In this document: positions 51,378 to 59,285 of the stretch, one piece after another | Layout: every line of letters begins with the position of its first letter | How positions within the stretch are numbered: position 1 is the stretch's first letter | DNA from: an uncultured delta proteobacterium | GTDB lineage: Bacteria > Desulfobacterota > Binatia > UBA9968 | Assembly: GCA_963727625.1 (NCBI GenBank) | Contig: CAVSHR010000009.1 | Location: forward strand, 449,140-513,139 | Direction: 5' to 3' | Length of the DNA: 64,000 nt | Made by a program: the position numbers and the translations under genes | Notes under the pieces: generated by a model | What the model saw: the letters and a program-made list of their open reading frames with translations, nothing else | The model's database searches: none | What the model was told of the DNA's origin: nothing

Positions 51378-51537
51378 CCGCGGGTTAAGCTGGCGATTCC
51401 AAAGTTCAAATTCCAGATGCCAAATAGACAGCATCGCGAGCTGGTAATCTGGCATATGTAATTTGGCATCTGGGCTGCGCCCTCGAGGGCGCACCCTGCT
51501 GTTGTTTTCTGCTTTCGGTGTGCTAGGTTGTGCGAGT

Positions 51538-51614
51538 CGGGGCGTGGCTCAGCTTGGTAGAGCGCACGGTTCGGGACCGTGAAGTCGGTGGTTCAAATCC
51601 ACTCGCCCCGACCA
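51538..51614 (+). tRNA. tRNA-Pro (anticodon CGG)
   Basis: CGGGGCG acceptor stem, anticodon arm CACGG-TTCGGGA-CCGTG, GGTTCAAATCC T-arm, encoded CCA. Confidence 0.96.
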
Positions 51615-51619
51615 ATTTT

Positions 51620-51880
51620 CTCTCTCAATTTCACTTTCAATACCTTCACTGGATTCGGTCGGTTGATCGTCGGTACCGTCGCGCAAGATTTCGGAAAAGC
51701 TTTCGGGTTTCGCTCCGAAAAGGCGCTCTAGCTGCTCCCTGGAATCGCTGTTGATGTAGCGCCCGTAGTGCTTTTCGATCATCGCCACCGAGGTGCCGCA
51801 GTACTCAACCGGCCACTTTATGTTTACTCCCTGTGCCAAGCCGGCTGAAATGAATGTACGGCGGGTTGCGTAGCACTTGC
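51620..51880 (-). pseudogene. C-terminal remnant of a tyrosine integrase pointing into the tRNA 3' end
   Basis: KCYATRRTFISAGLAQGVNIKWPVEYCGTSVAMIEKHYGRYI resembles box II (Y.TRHTF...GTS..MIEKHY). Confidence 0.7.
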
Positions 51881-51914
51881 AGATATTATGTCTGGCCCGT
51901 GTGGCTCATCTAAC

Positions 51915-53543
51915 TCAGCCCGCCCTCTTATCTCCAAGAAGCGCATGCTCGACGGCTAACCGTCCAAAGGTCATCCCGCCGAGCAGCGTTAGACCTGCTT
52001 GGTAACCGGCCCCGTACTCCGTCCGTACCCTTACGGTGCCGCCTGCGTATAAATTGGGAATGGCGTGTCCACGCAAGTGCATCACCCGTCCGTGAATGTC
52101 CGTATAAAGCCCGGCGGATGACGACTCCGAAGGCGTTAGTTCGATGCCATAAAACGGCGCCTTTGACAATGGCCCCAAGTTGGGGTTGATCGGATGTTTA
52201 GTGTCGCCAACTTTTCGAATCCATAAAGATTGGCCCCGACCAAATTCCGGATCTATTCCGGCGCTAGCATTTTCATTGAATGTAGCCACTGTTTGCTGAA
52301 GATGCATCGCGTCGATACCCAATTGTTGTGCGAGTTCCGCAAGCGACCCAGCTCGTTTTATCCAAGCCGGAAGCGGCCTTTCGGGCGCGATATTGGCAAA
52401 TGGATAGCGCTCTCTGAATTGAGAATCGAAGAGCAAAAAGAATGGAATGTTCGCGTATCGATGTTTTTTGACCACATCAAATTCTCTCAGTTTTACGACA
52501 AACTCTTGGAAGAAGGCCTCGTTGCCGAATCGCTTGCCTTCAGAATTCACCACAATAGAATGAGGATAGGCTAGTTCTTGTATGCCAGCGGAGTGAAACT
52601 CGGGCTCACCTCCTGGGCGCGGGATCCAGTAGCCCACCATGGAACTTAAACTTGTCGGAATATTTCGGATAAAGGCGCCAAGTTCCCCTGCCATGAGAAG
52701 TCCATCACCCGTCTGGGTCGGTGGGTGGTGTGGAGCGGAATTAGGAAACGGGTGGTAAGCGCGAACGAACTCAGGGTTGCTCTCGTATCCGCCAGTACCG
52801 AGAAAGATTCCGCAATCACCTTTTATCTGTTGCGCGCGATCTCCTGCTCTCACTTCAACACCAGCGATCCGGCCCTTCTCCAGCAAAAGCCTTGTCGCCG
52901 GGGATTGCGTCAATAGGGTCACTCCTTTTTCTATACACTTGAGTAGCAACCATGCCACCAAACCTTGACCCGCCGCATAGACAGACGCCGCATGCTCGAG
53001 GTTTTCCGGAGCCCAGGAATAACGATTCCCGAGTCCTCCCCATTTGATTGCATCAGACCAGGAAACACCTCCCGGCATGTATGGGCTTTCCAAAAGAACG
53101 GGAGCCCTACCAGGCAGGGCTTTCCTTGGCAGTGGCACGACTTCGAGTGTTCGACCAAGGCCGAGTGAGCCCGGCGCGCCCGGAAAGTAATGGTCGGGAA
53201 GACCCTCAATTATTCGAAAGGGAACGCCCAGTTGGGCGAATGCCTCAATCGTCGCGGCCGCTTCGTTAACGTACGTGCGCATTTTTTCTTCTTCAGCAAA
53301 TCCTCCCGAAAGAAAGCGCAGGTATTCGAGCCCTTGTTCATTAGAATCGTCCATGCCGGCGGCGCGCTGAAGCATGTTGTTGGGTGCCCAAAGTCCCCCG
53401 TAAGAATAGGCAGTGGCTCCGCCAACAACAGGTGCTTTCTCTATGACGATCGCCTTTAGACCGCGGTACGCCGCCCACAACGCACTTGCCAAGCCTGATG
53501 CTCCCGAGCCAACCGCTATCCAATCCGAGTGCGAATCCATCAA
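51915..53543 (-). CDS. FAD-dependent oxidoreductase, 3-ketosteroid delta-1-dehydrogenase (KstD)-like
   Basis: VGSGASG, GGATAYSYGGLWAP, GKRFGNE, GIDPEFGRG, NPNLGPL..APFY. Confidence 0.8.
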   Translation of the reverse strand: MMDSHSDWIAVGSGASGLASALWAAYRGLKAIVIEKAPVVGGATAYSYGGLWAPNNMLQRAAGMDDSNEQGLEYLRFLSGGFAEEEKMRTYVNEAAATIEAFAQLGVPFRIIEGLPDHYFPGAPGSLGLGRTLEVVPLPRKALPGRAPVLLESPYMPGGVSWSDAIKWGGLGNRYSWAPENLEHAASVYAAGQGLVAWLLLKCIEKGVTLLTQSPATRLLLEKGRIAGVEVRAGDRAQQIKGDCGIFLGTGGYESNPEFVRAYHPFPNSAPHHPPTQTGDGLLMAGELGAFIRNIPTSLSSMVGYWIPRPGGEPEFHSAGIQELAYPHSIVVNSEGKRFGNEAFFQEFVVKLREFDVVKKHRYANIPFFLLFDSQFRERYPFANIAPERPLPAWIKRAGSLAELAQQLGIDAMHLQQTVATFNENASAGIDPEFGRGQSLWIRKVGDTKHPINPNLGPLSKAPFYGIELTPSESSSAGLYTDIHGRVMHLRGHAIPNLYAGGTVRVRTEYGAGYQAGLTLLGGMTFGRLAVEHALLGDKRAG

Positions 53544-53973
53544 TCCTCCTTTCAGTCGGAACTAACGGAAATTAAGGCCTGCAATTGTAGAAGCCGCCAA
53601 CATCGCGATCCGGTTCAATTTCTTAATCAAGAGTATCTCGCTGAGAACGATCTCGAAGGACAACGTTGACCATCTTTGTTTGTCCCGTAACGCGGCAGGA
53701 GCTCGTTGCCTTTCCATATAACACAGACAGCGCGGGCGCGGCGAGCTAAGCAACTTGGAGTATTTCTCAACGAGGGTTCGTATATAGAGTCGCTCTCGGT
53801 AGGAGTGACGGTGTTCTAATGTTTGTTGATCGTTAAACTCCTGCCGAGAGACGACATTGATGCGCCTTACAGTTCGATCCTGCGGGAATATTGCGATGGT
53901 TTGGCCGAAATGGGCGGCCATTCGTTAGGGAGATAACCCGCCGTCCTGGCGGCTTTTGTCGGGAAACGAAACA

Positions 53974-54002
53974 TTGACAAATTCGGGTAGCTGGCTGATA
54001 TT
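53974..54002 (+). promoter_or_regulatory. Possible sigma70 promoter facing the recombinase gene (now separated from it by the intron)
   Basis: TTGACA, 17-bp spacer, GATATT. Confidence 0.35.
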
Positions 54003-54092
54003 GCAACCGATTTGGATTTTATTGGCGGAACCATCGTCGGAAATAAGCCGACCGGTATATGTCGCTGCCTACGGCGGCTTACTTAATAGTTG

Positions 54093-56054
54093 ATCGACAT
54101 AGGTAGGCTCTCACGAGCTGTCCCTGTCACACCACCGGGCATACGGGTCACGTACCACGGCGGTTCGATCGGATTAAGCATTTGAAGCGCCGGCTAATCG
54201 CGGAAGGCCGATCGAGTCGAAATAGCGATTGCGCAGTGCTTGTTGGACCGCCGGATGGCCTGACATACGCCAGAATCCCGTCGGTGAACCGGCAGCGACT
54301 GCCGCTTGGAACTTCGGAACGCCCCGTCGGCGCAGTTCTTTGAAACGGTTGTGTCCGTTCTGCCACTGCCGCCAGAGGTACATCCGTAGTCTCCGGCGAA
54401 TCCACGCATCCAGATTGGAAAGCACTCGGGGAGTTTGGCAAAAGCCAAAGTAGCCTCGCCAGCCAATCAGGTAATCGAGCCAATGGCTCGACCAGCTTGA
54501 CCAGACTTGCTCCACGACGTCCGACGTGTCAGTTCCCGTACCCGTAGCTTGAATCGTTCGAACCGCCTTCGGCGCAATTTGCCGTTCGCTCCCATCGTTC
54601 GTGATGCTAAAGCCCAGGAACTTTCGCTCCTCTGGTCGAGCCACAGCGCTCTTTGACTCGTTGACTTTCAGCCGAAGCCTAGTCGTCAGAGAATCGGCTC
54701 ACGCTGGCCATGACCCGCTCGCCCGCCCGCCGACTGCGTACGTAGATGTTACAGTCGTCCGCGTAACGACAGAATCGATGGCCGCGGCGTTCCAGTTCCT
54801 TGATCGAGTTCGTCCAGCACCAGATTACTCAACAGACGGAGAAAGAGGACCCCCTTGCGGTGTCCCTTCATCGGTCGGACGGACCAACCCGTCTTCCATC
54901 ACTCCGGCGTTTAAAAACGCTCGGATGATTTTCAGCACTCGCTTATCAGCCACCCGTTCCGCCACCCTTGCCATCAGCCGGTCATGGTTGACTCGATCGA
55001 AGAATTTCTCGAGATCGATGTCAACCACCCAGTTGTAGCCCTCAGCGATGTACGCTTGAGCTTGGGCAACAGCCTGATGCGCCGAGCGACCCGGTCGGAA
55101 CCCATAGCTGTGCTCGGAAAACGTTGGGTCCCAACTCTCTTTGCAGAACCTGCAGCAGCGCTTGCTGAATCACTCTGTCGACGACACAAGGAACGCCGAG
55201 CTTCCTGATCCCGCCATCCGGCTTGGGGATTTCCACCCGCTTGACCGGTTGCGGCTTGTAGGTTCCGCTGAGAAGTTGTTCCCGAATGTCTGGCCAGTGC
55301 TCCCGCAGGTAGTCCACGGCCTGCTCGATGGTCATCCCATCGACGCCCGCACTACCCTTGTTCTCACGGACGCGCTTCCACGCTATTTCGAGATTTTCTC
55401 GTTCGCACACCTCCTCCATTAACCGTTCTTCTATCTGCCGGGCTTTCAGAGTTTCGCTTCGCCACGAGCGGTTCGGTCCCTTTGCGGTCGAGCGTTCGGG
55501 GTTTCACCCCAACCTCCTTCCATGAAGGCCAGATGCAATTGCTTGCTCTGGATTTTCTGCCGCTTTCCGCTCATGAGTTGCGAGTCCTACTTGCCACTCC
55601 CAATCGTTCGGGCCTTCAGCAGTCGTTACCGGCTCCGGCCTTCCGTTTCTCCCCTTTCGGCGTGGAGTGCCTCAATCGAGCTTGACCGACTGCCCTTGCC
55701 TACTATGCCCTCTGCTGACTTCTGCGCCGCGATCAGGGTCGCCTCACGGCTTCCCTCAGTCTCCAATTTCGGAGACACAACGCAGACCTCCCGAGGTAAG
55801 TTCGACAGCTTTCCCCGCACACCTGCCGGATCTACAGCTCTGGCCCTTGATGGATATGGACTTCGCGATCAGTCGCCCGCTCGTCCGACCCGGGATGCCT
55901 CATATCCGGTTTCTGTTCGTCAGGTCGCGGCTTTGCTCCACGCTTCCTTCAGACGCCACCTCGCGATGACGCCCTTGCGCTTCGCTAATCCTTCACCTCC
56001 ATCAGGTTGGATAGGGGACTTTCACCCCCAAGCTCTCGAACATGCTCGGCACAC
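54093..56054 (-). mobile_element. Group II intron, bacterial class C type
   Basis: 5' end GTGTGCCGAGCATG; domains V/VI GAACCGCCGTGGTACGTGACCCGTATGCCCGGTGGTGT...CCTATGTCGAT 3' end; internal RT ORF. Confidence 0.9.
54174..55574 (-). pseudogene. ltrA: Group II intron reverse transcriptase/maturase with no En domain, several frameshifts
   Basis: NKGSAGVDG, IPKPDGGIRKLGVP, DIDLEKFFDRVNHD, GTPQGGPLSP, RYADD, KFLGF, WRGYF...WIRRRLR. Confidence 0.9.
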
Positions 56055-56207
56055 AACTAAACCGCTGCGCGGTGGCGGATACCGTGCGAAGTTTTCTGCC
56101 CTGATCTGCATTTGTTTTTCGCATTAGTTCCCATCAAGTCAGGCCACTGCCAGTCTTCACAATTTGCGTGATAGCGTCGCTCCCATCTTAAATCCAGGAG
56201 GGTTTTT

Positions 56208-57056
56208 ATGGGAGCACTACGAGAGAAGATGGTTGCGGAGATGAAGCTGCGCAACTTCGCGGCGAGGACGCAGAAGTCTTACCTGGCCGCGATGGTCGGG
56301 TTAGCTAAGCATTATCGGCAGTTCCCGGATCAGCTGACGCAGGACCAAATCCGGACGTATCTGTTGCATTTGCAGGAGCGGGGTTTGTCGAGTAGTTCGC
56401 TGAACGTCAATATTTCGGCGCTCCGATTTTTCTATCAACAAGTTTTGGGATGGAGCCGAGAACAGTTCTTCTTGCCACGAAGGAAACGGACCTGGCGTTT
56501 ACCGGAAGTGTTAAGCCCCAGAGAGGTCGAGCGATTGCTGCAAGCCGCCGTCAAATTGCGTGATCGCTGTTTGCTGATGACAGCATACTCGGCCGGACTG
56601 CGAGTCACGGAGCTAATCCATCTCAAACTCAGCGATATCGATTGCGAACGGATGATGATCCGGGTCGAACAGGGCAAAGGGAAAAAGGACCGTTACACGA
56701 TTCTCTCCCAACGTCTGTTGGGGGAACTGAAAAGATACAAGCAAACGTATCAACCCGTGCTGTGGGTCTTCTTTGGTAAAACCAGAAATGATCCCCTGCA
56801 CATCACCGCCGCGCAGAAAGTCTACAATCTCGCCAAGCACAAAAGCGGGGTTGAAAAAGGCAAAGGCATTCATACGCTGCGACATTGTTTTGCCACCCAT
56901 CTTTTGGAAGGTGGCGTGGACTTAGTGACCATCAAGACGCTGTTGGGTCATAACTCGCTTCAGAGTACCCAGCGCTATTTGCAGATTCGCCAGCCCAAGC
57001 TCGGTGCCACCGCCAGTCCCCTGGACTTGCTCGATCTGCGCGACGCCCCGCTTTAA
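56208..57056 (+). CDS. Tyrosine recombinase (phage integrase N-terminal SAM-like domain plus catalytic domain)
   Basis: [35 protein letters not shown]...TQRY; AGGAGG RBS. Confidence 0.94.
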   Translation: MGALREKMVAEMKLRNFAARTQKSYLAAMVGLAKHYRQFPDQLTQDQIRTYLLHLQERGLSSSSLNVNISALRFFYQQVLGWSREQFFLPRRKRTWRLPEVLSPREVERLLQAAVKLRDRCLLMTAYSAGLRVTELIHLKLSDIDCERMMIRVEQGKGKKDRYTILSQRLLGELKRYKQTYQPVLWVFFGKTRNDPLHITAAQKVYNLAKHKSGVEKGKGIHTLRHCFATHLLEGGVDLVTIKTLLGHNSLQSTQRYLQIRQPKLGATASPLDLLDLRDAPL

Positions 57057-57068
57057 CGGGGAATCGCC

Positions 57069-58238
57069 ATGTCGCTGGCCAAGCTGGCGGCAGGAGAGAA
57101 AACAACACGCCCCGAGTTGGCCGATATCTTTCGTCAGTACGGGGCGCGCTTCGAGCAAACCCATCGGGTGTCGGCTGCTGAGCACAAGGTGATCCGCGCT
57201 GTGACGGTCTGCCGAACTCAAGAACTCGGCGGCCACTTGGATCGCTGCGATGCCTGCGGCTTTGAGCGCCCGGCTTACAACTCCTGTCGCAACCGCCACT
57301 GTCCCAAGTGCCAGTCGCTGGCCAAAGCCCAGTGGTTGGAGAAGCAAACCTCTGAGCTTTTGCCGGTGGGATACTTCCACCTGGTTTTCACCTTGCCCCA
57401 TGAATTTAACCGGCTGATTCTTGCTCATAAGAAAATCGTCCTGAGTCTTTTGTTCAAAGCGGTCAGCGAAACGTTGCTGGATTTCGGTAAAAGCCGTCTG
57501 GGTGGAACTCTGGGGGTCATTGCTGTTCTGCACACCTGGGACCAAACCCTCAAGGATCATTTTCATCTGCACTGTCTGGTTCCCGCTGGCGCTCTGTCTA
57601 TCGATCGAAATCGTTGGATCGCGGCAGGTAAGAACTTTCTGTTTCCGGTCAAGGCCCTGAGCCGGGTGTTTCGGGGTAAGTTCTTAGACCTGTTAGGACG
57701 GGCTCGTCGACGAGGAAAAATTGATCCCATCTACAGCAACATCAGAGTTCCGCATCAAAAAGAATGGGTCGTCTATGCGAAAAAGCCTTTAGGTTCTCCC
57801 CAAACCGTTCTCGATTATCTCGGCCGCTACACTCACCGTGTAGCGCTCTCCAATGATCGTATCCTCGGTATCGATCAGGGCCAGGTCACTCTGAACTACC
57901 GGGATCGCAAAGACGGCGATCGCAAGAAAATGATAACCTTGGAGGCCCAAGAGTTTATCCGCCGCTTCCTGCTCCACGTCCTGCCCGATGGTTTCATGCG
58001 CATCCGTCACTTCGGCATTCTGGCTAACCGTTCTAAAAAACAAGCGCTGGCTCAGTGCCGTAACCTGCTGAAACTTGATCCGGCTTTGCCACAAATCCCC
58101 AAGCAATCAGCCCTAGACTTGCTGCTTAGGATCACCGGCGTCGATCTCTCTCGCTGCCCGTGCTGCCATGAGGGAATCATGATCACCGTCGGCGAACTGT
58201 CGGCGACGCCCAACCTGCGTTATTGGGATTCTTCATGA
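57069..58238 (+). CDS. IS91-family (Y2 HUH) transposase with zinc-binding domain
   Basis: CRT..LGGH...YNSCRNRHCPKCQ, HLVFTLP, LHTW...HFHLHC, YLGRYTHRVA, FIRRFLLHVLP.GF.RIRHFG. Confidence 0.94.
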   Translation: MSLAKLAAGEKTTRPELADIFRQYGARFEQTHRVSAAEHKVIRAVTVCRTQELGGHLDRCDACGFERPAYNSCRNRHCPKCQSLAKAQWLEKQTSELLPVGYFHLVFTLPHEFNRLILAHKKIVLSLLFKAVSETLLDFGKSRLGGTLGVIAVLHTWDQTLKDHFHLHCLVPAGALSIDRNRWIAAGKNFLFPVKALSRVFRGKFLDLLGRARRRGKIDPIYSNIRVPHQKEWVVYAKKPLGSPQTVLDYLGRYTHRVALSNDRILGIDQGQVTLNYRDRKDGDRKKMITLEAQEFIRRFLLHVLPDGFMRIRHFGILANRSKKQALAQCRNLLKLDPALPQIPKQSALDLLLRITGVDLSRCPCCHEGIMITVGELSATPNLRYWDSS

Positions 58239-58485
58239 ACAAAGCTTCGTCGAGTTTCATCTGGTTTGTCTCTGGACCTCGCCAGTCGCATGGATGGGTG
58301 TATCCGCAAACGCGAAAAACGATACGCAACGCTCTGTTTCCAGCGGGCCATCTCCAACGTTGGAATTTTGCAACACCCCATCGCCATTGCGATGATGCCC
58401 TCGTATCATCCAGAACCTGGCGCCGTGACGCCTCTGCCTCATTAAAATCCCCATAGCCGCAACTTGGGCGCTGCTCCGCAGTTTA

Positions 58486-58580
58486 GTCCAACACGTTTTA
58501 TCCCCTTGGCGTAACTTCGGCGCGATCGCCGCGACTTGATCGCTATTCAGCTTTGAGGGATAAAACGCTATACGTTAGGC
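58486..58580 (+). other. attC-like recombination site at the right end of the recombinase/IS91 unit
   Basis: R'' GTCCAAC, inner inverted repeat cgttttatccc / gggataaaacg, R' GTTAGGC. Confidence 0.65.
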
Positions 58581-58595
58581 CACACCGCGTTACTC

Positions 58596-58901
58596 ATGCT
58601 TAGCGAGCAGGACTCCCTCCGACTCTTCCGGTGGCGACGCCGAATGGTTGCCCTCTTTGTCGGAACATGGGTCTACATCCTCCTTGTGGTCGCGTTTCAT
58701 CTTCTTGCCAATCCCCCACCACATGTCGTCCAGCTGGCGCTTCTTCCTTCCCTTGGTCTTGTCATCGGCGGTGTCTGGCTCCAGTTCTCAATCCGCTGTC
58801 CTTCCTGCGGCTATCCGCTGGGCCGCCAGTCGCGCTTACTTGTTCCCGATCACTGTCGTTCGTGCGGCCTCTTCCTGCGTAATCCCGGGGGCGCGGCCTA
58901 A
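58596..58901 (+). CDS. Gene-cassette protein: 2 TM helices plus C-terminal zinc ribbon (CPSC...CRSC)
   Basis: ORF starts 16 bp after GTTAGGC, and its TAA lies inside GCCTAAC. Confidence 0.7.
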   Translation: MLSEQDSLRLFRWRRRMVALFVGTWVYILLVVAFHLLANPPPHVVQLALLPSLGLVIGGVWLQFSIRCPSCGYPLGRQSRLLVPDHCRSCGLFLRNPGGAA

Positions 58902-59030
58902 CAAGGCGCCGCAGCCGACGCCAAACAGCGCAATTCAATCGATCCATGGTACAATCCGGCGGATAGCGCTCTCGCCCAAGCGCTAACGGTTAGCGCTGTT
59001 TGTCGCGGCTGAGCGCCAGAATCGTTAACC
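58896..59030 (+). other. Integron attC site
   Basis: R'' GCCTAAC; arms ggcgccgcagccgacgccaaacagcgc / gcgctgtttgtcgcggctgagcgcc; R' GTTAACC. Confidence 0.85.
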
Positions 59031-59285
59031 CTGAGATTGAATTGAATTCTCCTTTGACCCAATCCTGCGAGATTTGACTGAAGCGTCGATCTGTTCGATC
59101 CTATGCCGATTCACAAGGCAAGTGTCTTACCGCAAGTTCCTTTAGACTCCAGCGGTTTGACATGAGCAAAAGCCCTATAGCCCATACCTTGCTTTTGGGT
59201 ATAGCGCACGAATACAATTCGTTTGCGTGATAGTCGTAAGACCGGAATGAAGAAACTTTCCGTGAATGAGTCTACGGGTGATGGT

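Noticed and set aside
54174-55574. Reverse transcriptase as a retron, DGR or defence RT
   Set aside because: It has a maturase X domain and lies within recognisable group II intron 5' and domain V/VI sequences.
56208-57056. Recombinase as an integron integrase IntI or chromosomal XerC/D
   Set aside because: At 282 aa it shows no evident IntI-specific insertion and is coupled to an IS91 transposase.
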